A DNA stretch of 41,474 bases, taken from contig CP070761.1 of the NCBI GenBank assembly GCA_020348985.1, positions 56,449 to 97,922 of the forward strand, read 5' to 3'. Below, one piece after another: positions 26,322 through 35,370 of this stretch. Numbering within the stretch: position 1 is the first letter of the stretch; every line of letters begins with the position of its first letter. This DNA is from Candidatus Thorarchaeota archaeon. GTDB taxonomy: Archaea > Asgardarchaeota > Thorarchaeia > Thorarchaeales > Thorarchaeaceae. Both the position numbers and the translations under genes were made by a program. The notes under the pieces were generated by a model that saw only the letters and a list, made by a program, of their open reading frames with translations, searched no databases and was not told the DNA's origin.

Positions 26322-28010
26322 ATGGCAAAGGGAACTACCGGTCTTGTCGATCGACTGTGGAAGATGGGAGAATTCTCCAAACAGAGAGTCAGATTCCTTT
26401 CTGACCATGTAGTTCTTCAACCAGCTACAATCTCGTCACATTGGGGGCAATCTGATTCTAAATTGATGCCTAGCCACTTTGAGAAGAGATTCGGACTGAG
26501 GCCAGTAGTTGTAGAGCCAGTCAGCAAAAGAATCGAGAGTTCCTTGTTTGGCGGCAGGATTGTTGAGCAAGAGACTCGTGATCATCTGGCGAGCGCAGAC
26601 TCTCTCCTGGAACAAGTGGACTTTGTGATTCCTGATGAGGATAGCATTGATCCGCTACTAAGACCTCACAGAGAATCTCTCTCTTATGTATTCTCAAGAA
26701 TCGTCATGGGGCGGTTCCCCGAGGATTCGAGCTGGCTCTGGTATACTCCCGGACTTGACCGATTCTCGAACGCACTATTTGCATTGCAGTGGTTTTCAAG
26801 ACTTTCAGGAGTCCACCTTCCTTGGCATGATGCAGTCAACGATCACAGTCAGGGCCTATCTCATCAATCGAAAGAAGCTGTAGTCTCGATGAGACCTGAT
26901 GGAATTCCAGCAAGTGAATGGGAACCCTTTCTTTCAAAACTGCGTAGAGAAATTAGCATTCTCTGCTACAGACCCCTTGTGGCGATCTGTGAGAAACTTG
27001 GAGATGTTTCTAGTCCAAAGAGGATGACTTGGAGAGATGTGGTAGATGTCATGGGTCTGAAGAAGAGAACCGCAGGAATTGCGTTGAACAATATCGAGCT
27101 GACTCTAACAGAGAGGTTTGTAATCGGAGTCTCTAGGCTAGGGCTCAGGTATAGGTATGTTCTCTCACCCAGAGAGAGAGACCCCCCATCGATTTCCGTT
27201 TCGCGCGGTTTGTGCGAGGTAGTCTCTTTCTCCAAGGCTGTCGGCCGTAGACCTCGTCATATGTCTTTGTATGGTCACGTAGAACCAGATTCGTCTCTAG
27301 GCCCTCAGAATCTGCATTCCGGAATGCAGGAGCTAGCAGTGGACGAGGAGACAGTTTCGATGAGAATGGACTTCTTCAATTCCGACAGAAAGGAACAATG
27401 GGAGCTTCCTGTCGATGACCACACCACCGTTACGCCTGGTAGGAATCCATCGTGGATTATTCGTAAGAGTGACCCACCATCAAAGAGACCGTTCAAACCT
27501 ACTCTAAGACAGGCAGAGGTGCTTGCCGCTCTTTGGAGTCATAGAGGATCCGCAAGGTCTCTTGAGATTCTAATGAATGTACTGAGCATTCCCAGGTCTA
27601 CGGCAAAGGTTTCTGTCGACACGCTTCTCAAGAATCGGATTGTGTCAACGCTCTATCATCCAGCGATTGAGCTGTCGGCGCTTCCGGAATTGATAGTTGT
27701 GGGAGTCATTGAATCCAATCAAAGGAGAACGAATGAGTTCGTGAAATTGCTCCTAGCGAGATTTCCTTTCGTTGAACTCAAGAGAGGATCATCGACAGGA
27801 GCCTTCATCGCACACATTAGGGTTCCAGCAAATAGAGGTGTATTCTTTGTTAGTTTCCTCGAAAGCGAACTTGAAGCAATCAGTCTGCCTGAGGAGTCAG
27901 TTTTCGTGGGTCTTGTTGATAGACGAATGACGCATCTCATTGCACTTCCATTCAGACTCTACTCTCCAAGGATTCGCGAATGGCATGATCCTTGGGACGT
28001 TATCGGTTAG
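26322..28010 (+). CDS. Hypothetical protein with two HTH + ferredoxin-like (Lrp/AsnC-like) modules, possible regulator
   Basis: MTWRDVVDVMGLKKRTAGIALNNI..SRLGL and TLRQAEVLAAL..LSIPRSTAKVSVDTLLKNRIV look like helix-turn-helix units followed by alpha/beta domains. ATG 26322 after GGAGA is preferred over GTG 26256. Confidence 0.55.
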   Translation: MAKGTTGLVDRLWKMGEFSKQRVRFLSDHVVLQPATISSHWGQSDSKLMPSHFEKRFGLRPVVVEPVSKRIESSLFGGRIVEQETRDHLASADSLLEQVDFVIPDEDSIDPLLRPHRESLSYVFSRIVMGRFPEDSSWLWYTPGLDRFSNALFALQWFSRLSGVHLPWHDAVNDHSQGLSHQSKEAVVSMRPDGIPASEWEPFLSKLRREISILCYRPLVAICEKLGDVSSPKRMTWRDVVDVMGLKKRTAGIALNNIELTLTERFVIGVSRLGLRYRYVLSPRERDPPSISVSRGLCEVVSFSKAVGRRPRHMSLYGHVEPDSSLGPQNLHSGMQELAVDEETVSMRMDFFNSDRKEQWELPVDDHTTVTPGRNPSWIIRKSDPPSKRPFKPTLRQAEVLAALWSHRGSARSLEILMNVLSIPRSTAKVSVDTLLKNRIVSTLYHPAIELSALPELIVVGVIESNQRRTNEFVKLLLARFPFVELKRGSSTGAFIAHIRVPANRGVFFVSFLESELEAISLPEESVFVGLVDRRMTHLIALPFRLYSPRIREWHDPWDVIG

Positions 28011-28251
28011 ACAAGAACAGGTCCTCGTCTTCTTCAATCATCCTCGTGATCAACGCAAGTTGGTCTTGATACTCCTTCTCTTCAGGTCTCAGGTCTATCG
28101 CCCGAAGAAGAGCCTTACGCGAATCTCGAAAGGCCCCCAACTGAAAAAGCCTGTTTGCGAGGTAGTACCAAACATGTGAATTGGATGGATGTTCATCCTC
28201 GCGGCGCACTGTGGAGGATCCATCCCTGTGCTCAACTCCGTCAACTGCCAT
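28000..28251 (-). CDS. Small single-TPR protein
   Basis: HPSNSHVWYYLANRLFQLGAFRDSRKALLRAIDLRPE matches the TPR consensus. It starts 3 nt after the nuclease stop. Confidence 0.75.
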   Translation of the reverse strand: MAVDGVEHRDGSSTVRREDEHPSNSHVWYYLANRLFQLGAFRDSRKALLRAIDLRPEEKEYQDQLALITRMIEEDEDLFLSNR

Positions 28252-28254
28252 TGT

Positions 28255-29244
28255 CTACACCCATCTCTCCAGTGTTGCTTGTTCCTTACCAAAATCTTTC
28301 CAAGTCGCGACAATCTCTCTGGCTGTGCGGTTCGCATTCTCTTCTCCAATAATCGGAGAAAAGAGCTTCAGCACCCTGGGCACAATTGGAGCGTTGAGTG
28401 ACAAGTCAAGACTATCAGCTCGAATGTCTTCTGCCTCATCAAAGATCTCACGTGCGTTTAGAAACTCGTTCCTTTCTGTTTGGCTGATTCCTTTGCATTT
28501 GAGAATCGATTCGAGATTGCCAAAGCGATTTAGAAGTACAATACCTTTCCGCGGTCCAACTCCTTTCATACCAGGGTGAAAGTCGCATCCACAGATGATA
28601 GCGAGGTCCTTTAGCTGCATTAGGTTGAGACCAAGACACTTCTTCAGAGCGTCCAGTGTTACATTCTCAATCTCTCTGCTTGAGAATCGAATCGACCTCG
28701 TTACATGAGCGCTGCCGAAGAGGAGCGCGTCGGAGTCATTGGAGAGCACTGTCTCAGCTCTGCCCTGAATTACAAGTGCTGCCGCTGTCATCTCAGCCTC
28801 AGACGATGCAGTAACTGAGGGAATCCCCAATGAGACACATAGGTCTCTTATGTGAGAAGCTCTGAAGTACCATTTGAGAGCAGGGTTCTCTATCAGAGCC
28901 TCAGCAATTTCTGTGTCGAACACATCTTGTTCACGCATGAACTGAGCATATAGACTGCGTGCAAGTTGTATGAGTGAAGGATTCGTGGGTCTCTTGCGCG
29001 CTTCTGGCGGACCATCGAATATGAAGATAGGAAGTACGTTGTTCAGAAGAGAGCCGCGGATGAAGCTGTACAGAACATGAACATGTGCAGTTGGAACCCG
29101 CCCGGGGACTTGACAATGGCCATACTCAAAAGAGCTGATTCTTCTCGTCATGTAGTTCGGTGTGTCTACTGCAATTGTTTCAATTGCAGTATCCACTAGG
29201 TTGTCAGTCTGCCAGGGAACGAAACTCCAATTCTTCACTCCCAT
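28255..29244 (-). CDS. Divergent FEN1/XPG-family 5' nuclease with C-terminal PCNA-interaction (PIP) box
   Basis: MGV start, IAVD, PIFIFDG, SEAE, SNDSDALLFG, H3TH motif GCDFHPGMKGVGPRKG, and C-terminal QATLERW. Confidence 0.9.
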   Translation of the reverse strand: MGVKNWSFVPWQTDNLVDTAIETIAVDTPNYMTRRISSFEYGHCQVPGRVPTAHVHVLYSFIRGSLLNNVLPIFIFDGPPEARKRPTNPSLIQLARSLYAQFMREQDVFDTEIAEALIENPALKWYFRASHIRDLCVSLGIPSVTASSEAEMTAAALVIQGRAETVLSNDSDALLFGSAHVTRSIRFSSREIENVTLDALKKCLGLNLMQLKDLAIICGCDFHPGMKGVGPRKGIVLLNRFGNLESILKCKGISQTERNEFLNAREIFDEAEDIRADSLDLSLNAPIVPRVLKLFSPIIGEENANRTAREIVATWKDFGKEQATLERWV

Positions 29245-29254
29245 CTCTAGTCAC

Positions 29255-29983
29255 CTACAATGAACGGATAGACTTCAAGCCGCTACGCTCAAGCTTTAGG
29301 ATGATTGAGGTACCCGATGAGCTTGAGGGACTCCTCTCTATTGAGAATCGCACAATGTCAGTCGTGCTGTTTATCCAGTCAACCCTGACAACAGAATCCA
29401 CATCATGACCAAGTACGTTCCCGCCTATTGGACGTGCCTCACCTGTTCTCCAATCATGTCTGGTGTGACCAGTCAGAGCGAGGTGAATCCCTGACTCATT
29501 CACTGTGGTCCTCATTGATTCTAGTGCACTGAATAGTTCTCTTTGTCTCTTGATTCCTCCAGGCTGTCCGGATAGGTTAAGGATTCCAGCAAGGTTGTCG
29601 ACAACGACCAAGTCGATGCAATCAATCTCATGAATCTTATCGGATACACTCATGAGGTCTGAAAGATCAAGTACCTCTGCAACGTGGATCCTTCGCAACC
29701 AATCGTCAGATTCTGATGGCTTTTTGGAGTACTGTCTGATTAGTCCAGGACTGTAGTTTCGACCTGAATCCACGAACAGAGATCCACCTCCAGATCTAGC
29801 AGCGGCTACGGTAATGATATGTGCCCACGCCGTAAGGGGGGCCTTCTGCGCTCCATGAAAGAGAGAGATCTCCATAGGTGCAAGAAGAGGCCCTATCATA
29901 GAATTAAGCTGGCGAGGGACTAGTCGTATTCTCGATTCGGAAAGCGCATTTATGTTCTCAAGTGGCGTCTCCAGCGGATTCAA
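29255..29983 (-). CDS. RadA/Rad51 paralog with degenerate Walker A
   Basis: LFVDSG..YSP, LRRIHVA, DLVVVDNL, RQREL and PIGGNVLGH align with RadA in this window (PVGGHVLAH). The P-loop position reads GAQKAPLT. Confidence 0.8.
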   Translation of the reverse strand: MNPLETPLENINALSESRIRLVPRQLNSMIGPLLAPMEISLFHGAQKAPLTAWAHIITVAAARSGGGSLFVDSGRNYSPGLIRQYSKKPSESDDWLRRIHVAEVLDLSDLMSVSDKIHEIDCIDLVVVDNLAGILNLSGQPGGIKRQRELFSALESMRTTVNESGIHLALTGHTRHDWRTGEARPIGGNVLGHDVDSVVRVDWINSTTDIVRFSIERSPSSSSGTSIILKLERSGLKSIRSL

Positions 29984-30899
29984 CCCCCATACGCAGAATT
30001 GAAGGGTCCCGACTGAGGAACAGTTTCTTCAGAAACCTGCGCGTCATCACCTCAGCAGGAAGACCTGGAACACTAGTCACAGGTAGTATGGCGATGAGAC
30101 CTTGCAGACTAGGGAACAAGGTCATTCGCTCCGGTCGAATTCTCAGCAACTTGTCGACGACCTCATTATCACTGACAACCCTATATTCGTCCAGAGGAAT
30201 CCCGTGAGCCTGTTCGACAAAGGGGAGACTCAATACAATACTAGCTAGCTGAGCAGAAGCTCTTCTATAACCAGTGATTCTGGCCTCCTCTAGCACTGAT
30301 TCTACTTTTTGCACCCAGGTGGAATCATCAGCAACATTGATTGCCAACAAGTCAAAGTCTAGAAGATAAACAAGTGAGACTGGCAGGATCGGACGCTCCC
30401 TCATAACTTGCACTACTGAGTCGGTTAATGCCTTTGGCAGAATGAGTGCCTTCATGTTGTCAAACGGGAAACTTGGTATACTTGGAAGTAGTTCGGCGCC
30501 ATTCTCGAAGTTGATTGCAGTGGCGATAACATCTGATGTGTGGTTCAATAGACTAGAGAATTGTGATACGAAATCCATGACTCCAGATGGCTCCTGAATC
30601 AATCTGCAGCCAATAACAACGAGCGCACCAGAAAGTAGTGCAATGTGAATGCCAAACGGAATTACAATGATGATGACGGCAAACGTAAAGCAGGCGACTG
30701 ATGCCCATGCGATGACATTCATTATACCGTGGCTTGGACTTACCGGATTGACACTTGCTGAAACTCTGATAAGGAGAAGCGAGCAAGAAGCGAGAAGAAA
30801 GAGAGGAAGAGGGTTACCGAACCTAAACGCAAGAACAACCCCTGTCACTGAAACGACCATCTCTCCGCCAAGAAAGAGCGCGAGACCTCCGACTAGCAC
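29958..30899 (-). CDS. Hypothetical membrane protein (about 4 N-terminal TM helices + soluble domain)
   Basis: The first ~100 aa are hydrophobic, followed by an alpha/beta region. The ORF fills the gap between the two RadA paralogs. Confidence 0.7.
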   Translation of the reverse strand: MLVGGLALFLGGEMVVSVTGVVLAFRFGNPLPLFLLASCSLLLIRVSASVNPVSPSHGIMNVIAWASVACFTFAVIIIVIPFGIHIALLSGALVVIGCRLIQEPSGVMDFVSQFSSLLNHTSDVIATAINFENGAELLPSIPSFPFDNMKALILPKALTDSVVQVMRERPILPVSLVYLLDFDLLAINVADDSTWVQKVESVLEEARITGYRRASAQLASIVLSLPFVEQAHGIPLDEYRVVSDNEVVDKLLRIRPERMTLFPSLQGLIAILPVTSVPGLPAEVMTRRFLKKLFLSRDPSILRMGVESAGDAT

Positions 30900-30907
30900 A
30901 ATTCCTA

Positions 30908-31612
30908 TCAGACGGAAACATGACCCTCCGAGCAGCCTTCTTGCCTCCTGCTGTAACCCATGTCTTTGGACGTAGGATTGACTTCAACTATACCATCATT
31001 TGACAACCTTAGAGCGAGTATTGTTTCCATGGAGTCCATACTCTTGCCCGTCACTAGAATTCGAGATACTCTTCGCCCAGGTTCTCTTTCCACATGCAAG
31101 TCAAAGTCGGCAAACTTCTTGATTGAATCCAAGTGTACTGCTTGGTCCTCAACACCATTTGATCTTGATTCACTAAGAATGACTATCATGATGTTTCGCG
31201 AACGTGCGATACCTGCCAACATCGGAAGTGCCTCCTCGAAAAGGACCCTGGCCCACATGGGCTCACTACGAGGCCCCATGCCCAGAATTCGCGTTATTGT
31301 ATCGACAACAACGAGACTCGTCTCGTTCTTCAAACAAGAGGAAATTCGATCTATGGCACTTCTCGCATCACTGTGACCAAGCACAACAGAAACATTGGCT
31401 CGACTCCCTCCCGCTGAGACAACGTTTTTTCTGAGCAGTCTGATGAATGCTCCCTTCCCATCAGTGTTGACCCAAAGAACATGAGAATGGCAAGCGGCCT
31501 CAGAGGCAATGCGAATCGCCAACAAGGTCTTTCCTGATCCTGCAGAGCCCCATACGTGAACCAGACCTGAGATACCTGAAATTTGAACAATGCCACCATT
31601 ATGCAGCGTCAA
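30908..31612 (-). CDS. RadB-like RadA/Rad51 paralog (RecA-family ATPase)
   Basis: LVHVWGSAGSGKT Walker A, VLWVNTDG, SLVVVDTI Walker B. No N-terminal HhH domain. TTG 31612 after GGAGGAG is preferred over 31702. Confidence 0.85.
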   Translation of the reverse strand: MTLHNGGIVQISGISGLVHVWGSAGSGKTLLAIRIASEAACHSHVLWVNTDGKGAFIRLLRKNVVSAGGSRANVSVVLGHSDARSAIDRISSCLKNETSLVVVDTITRILGMGPRSEPMWARVLFEEALPMLAGIARSRNIMIVILSESRSNGVEDQAVHLDSIKKFADFDLHVEREPGRRVSRILVTGKSMDSMETILALRLSNDGIVEVNPTSKDMGYSRRQEGCSEGHVSV

Positions 31613-33173
31613 ACTCCTCCTCCGACTCAAATACCATCTTACCGTATCCAGTATTGTCCTCGATGTGGCTCCCTTCTTCCTGTAAAGTCCTGCTTGTATC
31701 ATCCCGCCCTGATGATCTCAACTCATTCATTAGCTCGTGATGTTCCTTCAATGAATCGTCTTCCAACGTTTCGAATGACTGGATTTGGTCTTCTGGGCGA
31801 CTCAATTCCTCATCAAAGTAAGCAAGCAGCCTCTCTGTGGATTTCCGTAGGATTAGCTCATCCACAGAATCTCTTGTATCCCTTGGGACAATTCCTGCAT
31901 TGAAGAGTGATAGATTCAGATAGCCGATGAATTCGACGAGTTGCTCAGCGGACACAGGCGACACCATGTGATTTGTTATTGCCGCATATGCAAGTGCCAG
32001 CTCGGCTTCCTCGCTCTCATCTTCCAAGCCCTCAAGGAACCTGAAGAGGTCAAGGAATCGTTCCATTCCCGGGTCACTAGAAAGAGTGTGCCTTGTTTCC
32101 ATTTCTTTAGGTATTAGATTGGATGAGACTCTAACACATTCATCCAGAATAGACGAGCAAAGTAAAACAGACCTTTCAGTTGATCCATCTCTAGCTGCTC
32201 TTGCTGCCGAGCCAATTAGCGGTGAAACCACGAAACCCAGATCATTGATTATCTTGAGAGTCCGTGCGTTCTCGAAGACGGATTTGTCTATTCTTTGTGC
32301 CTCTCCAATCTCGTCAAGAGCATTCCTCTCCAAAGCGAGCTGCTGCTTGAACTCTTGGATGACTCTTCTTGATTGAGTCAGATAGAGAGAAGAAGACGCC
32401 GCACCTAGAATGGTGGCAGCCAGTGGAAGTAACAGATTGCCAGAACCTGAAACGAAAGCGGAAACGAAGGCCAGAGTACCGATAATTGGAAGTCCTAGAA
32501 GAAGTGCCCCATACCATCCCTTCTTGACACCTCTTTCTAGAAGACGCCATTTCTCAGAGTCGACACTTTCGCTTACGTCAGGAAGGATTGATCGTGCATC
32601 ACTTCGACGAGCTAACGAAAACCCCTCGATATCGAGCACTCGCCTAGCCTCTGTCAGCCACGAAAGGTCAATTGTAGGCCTCACGTCCTTGGACACTACG
32701 TAAACGGCTCTTGTTATGTGGAGCAAAGACCTATTCCCTCCATCGCTTGACTTGAGCGTTTGAAGTGGAATCTGTCCCCAGGGAGTCATTACAGATAGCT
32801 CATCCCATCGGTCATCCAAATCGACATCCTTCAAAACAGAAGGCAAACTCCGATTTACTGTCTCGAGGACAGCGGCTTTCATCGCTATTGATGCCTTACC
32901 GAATGTTGCTTCCCTAAGGTCAAGGACGTACACAATCTCCAGATGGACGCCTCTTGCAGACGGTATTCCAGAAGTGCGAACTCCAAGAGTAATCCCGTTT
33001 GAGTAGACATGCGTCCGATGACCAGTCTTGTCTAGTATGTCACTAATGTCATATACGGCGTCTGGAGTGGCACCATCTCTCTGCGGGATTGAGTCCAACG
33101 CATCCGTTCTCGGGACATCATCAACAGAGAAGCTATCTTCATGGGTTCGGGGATAGGTCTTGTCTTCAGTCAC
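31599..33173 (-). CDS. Hypothetical membrane protein (central 2-TM hairpin, coiled coil, acidic C-terminus)
   Basis: YGALLLGLPIIGTLAFVSAFV and LLLPLAATILGAASSSLYL helices are flanked by large soluble regions. GTG 33173 overlaps the helicase stop (track start 33194). Confidence 0.75.
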   Translation of the reverse strand: MTEDKTYPRTHEDSFSVDDVPRTDALDSIPQRDGATPDAVYDISDILDKTGHRTHVYSNGITLGVRTSGIPSARGVHLEIVYVLDLREATFGKASIAMKAAVLETVNRSLPSVLKDVDLDDRWDELSVMTPWGQIPLQTLKSSDGGNRSLLHITRAVYVVSKDVRPTIDLSWLTEARRVLDIEGFSLARRSDARSILPDVSESVDSEKWRLLERGVKKGWYGALLLGLPIIGTLAFVSAFVSGSGNLLLPLAATILGAASSSLYLTQSRRVIQEFKQQLALERNALDEIGEAQRIDKSVFENARTLKIINDLGFVVSPLIGSAARAARDGSTERSVLLCSSILDECVRVSSNLIPKEMETRHTLSSDPGMERFLDLFRFLEGLEDESEEAELALAYAAITNHMVSPVSAEQLVEFIGYLNLSLFNAGIVPRDTRDSVDELILRKSTERLLAYFDEELSRPEDQIQSFETLEDDSLKEHHELMNELRSSGRDDTSRTLQEEGSHIEDNTGYGKMVFESEEEFDAA

Positions 33174-35370
33174 CCGCGACTTCCTCCTCCTCATTGTTGA
33201 GTCTCATCTGTATTCTTGAGAGTAGACTATGAGTCCGTTCAACTAGATCTTCGAGCCCACTGTGTTCTGCAACAACATAGATTGAGAAGAGAATCCAAAG
33301 GGCGTTGTCCAAGAGAGAGTAAACATCTCCAAGTGGCATTTCTAGGCTTCTCGCAATACTACCTATGGAGGACTCTGTGGTCACGAGAGAGCCTATGAGA
33401 TTCTCAAACGAACTGTCTAGATTTCTTCTGAGCTCTATGGACATCAGATGTCTGGTTAGCCATAATAGCCCAGAGTTGTCCTCCGTGAAAGGAGCAAAGG
33501 CGACAAGTTCTCTGAATGTGTTTATCCGTATGTAGAGCTTGTTGACCTTCTTCCCCAGAGAGGTTGGCCTCAATCGCCCATGAGTAGATCCTTCAACCAG
33601 ATTGAGGCGAATCAATGTTCTTGAGGGACTGGTCTCACTTAGCGCCAGAGGAATAACGAAGTTCGCTCCTTCTGGATTCTTTTGTGCAGCTATCATGCCA
33701 AGAGCGACCAAGTGATGACAAAGAATCCCTTCGTGAGAAATAGGTTCACCACAAGAGCATGTTGGGCCTTCAACCGTGCCGCGCGAAGAGCAACTTCTAG
33801 CGGAGAATCTGCATGTCACTCCTCTTCCGCCATTCTCCTCAACCATTCCGCCGATTGTTGAATCCGTGGTCTCTCTGATCTCTACCGTTCCAAGTACGCC
33901 AGCTTTAGCAGCTCGGATGGTCTCTTCCAATCCGTGACACTCAATGGCAGATTCCGCTGATATCTCTCCTAGTTCGAGTGCCCTTTGAGGAGACCTTTGG
34001 TTGCGGGAATGTGAGAACGCAAGAAAGGATTCTTCGAAAATCTCTTCTTGAATCTCCTGAATTGATGCTTCGCCCATGAAGTTTATAGCTATTAGTAATT
34101 GGTCTGTAAGTTCTGAAGGCGCGCCCATTGAACTGGTAACTGGAGAGAACCTCGGCGTCAACGTTGCGTGTCCAGTAACTTCGTCTGTCAACTCCTCGAA
34201 GTACTTCCGTTTTATTTCTCGAGATTCACCACGGCTGCCGCTAAGAATCACCCCGAAGCCTTTCTCGTCCATCCCAGGCCTACCTGCACGGCCAAGCATC
34301 TGATGTACCTGGTTTGTGGGCAGCATCTGAGTGTAGTCTGCTGGTGAACTCGTGCCTGCAATAATGACAACTCGTGCAGGTAGGTCCATGCCTGCAGATA
34401 AGGTGGTTGTCGCGCAGAGGACCCTAAGTAACCCCTTTCTGAACATATTCTCTATTAGCCTACGACTATCAGAACCTAGACCTGCATGGTGGTATGCAAC
34501 TCCGTTGTGGATCAATGGTCTAATCTCAAGAGGGAGACGCGACCCCCAGTGTTCTATTGAGTTAGCTTCGATATCTAACTCAGATCTCTCAATCTGAGTA
34601 AGCTGCCTACCAACATCGGAGCAAAGTCTCTTGGCTTCAGATTCGGCCTCACGCCTCGTGCGTGTGAAGACAATCGCCTGACCGTTTGCCTGGACAGTTG
34701 TCATGACAAGTTCTCGAATAGACTTGGTTCGATCATCAGTGGTGAGAACTCTGCACGAAAGTGGCACTGGTCGTTCGGAGGATTCTATTAGCTTGCATCC
34801 GAGCCAATCTGCCAAATCGTCTGCCGATGCTACAGTTGCTGAAAGAGCCACAATCTGAAGCTCATGCATGATGTGTTTGATTCTGAGAATGACACTCTCA
34901 AGGCGCGCGCCTCTATAGGGGTCAGCTATGTTGTGAACCTCGTCAATGACGAGAACTCCAATTTCGGAGAGGATCTGAGCTCGATGGCGAAGGAGAGAGT
35001 CTGCCCTTTCATACGTGGTGACAATGATATCAAGCTGCTCGAGTTCGGAGCCGTCTTTGTGATAGTCACCTGTTGATTGACCAACTGAGATATTCAGCTT
35101 CTCATAACGCTCCTGTAAGACATCTGCAACTTGGGAAGCAAGAGCTCTCAGGGGCACGACGAAAAGGCCTCTCTTGCCATCCAGAACCGCTCGCAAAAGC
35201 CCCATCTCTCCTACTAGCGTCTTTCCCGAGCCTGTGGGGCTGCATACGAGAATGCTCTCGCCATCCAGAAGCCCAGCCTCAATTGCATCAATCTGAACGC
35301 CTCGCGGAGTCAACCCCAAGTCTCTCAGAATATCTTTGATGTTGGTTGAGGCTGAACTTACAGTAATCAC
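33166..35370 (-). CDS. Ski2/Hel308-like SF2 helicase with inserted SWIM zinc finger
   Basis: SPTGSGKT, VVPLRAL, TGD, TTYE, DEVH, LSAT, RPVPL, HHAGL, ATTTLSAGMDLPA, QMLGRAGRPG. Also CSC-x10-CHH at aa 538-553. Confidence 0.93.
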   Translation of the reverse strand: MITVSSASTNIKDILRDLGLTPRGVQIDAIEAGLLDGESILVCSPTGSGKTLVGEMGLLRAVLDGKRGLFVVPLRALASQVADVLQERYEKLNISVGQSTGDYHKDGSELEQLDIIVTTYERADSLLRHRAQILSEIGVLVIDEVHNIADPYRGARLESVILRIKHIMHELQIVALSATVASADDLADWLGCKLIESSERPVPLSCRVLTTDDRTKSIRELVMTTVQANGQAIVFTRTRREAESEAKRLCSDVGRQLTQIERSELDIEANSIEHWGSRLPLEIRPLIHNGVAYHHAGLGSDSRRLIENMFRKGLLRVLCATTTLSAGMDLPARVVIIAGTSSPADYTQMLPTNQVHQMLGRAGRPGMDEKGFGVILSGSRGESREIKRKYFEELTDEVTGHATLTPRFSPVTSSMGAPSELTDQLLIAINFMGEASIQEIQEEIFEESFLAFSHSRNQRSPQRALELGEISAESAIECHGLEETIRAAKAGVLGTVEIRETTDSTIGGMVEENGGRGVTCRFSARSCSSRGTVEGPTCSCGEPISHEGILCHHLVALGMIAAQKNPEGANFVIPLALSETSPSRTLIRLNLVEGSTHGRLRPTSLGKKVNKLYIRINTFRELVAFAPFTEDNSGLLWLTRHLMSIELRRNLDSSFENLIGSLVTTESSIGSIARSLEMPLGDVYSLLDNALWILFSIYVVAEHSGLEDLVERTHSLLSRIQMRLNNEEEEVAGD

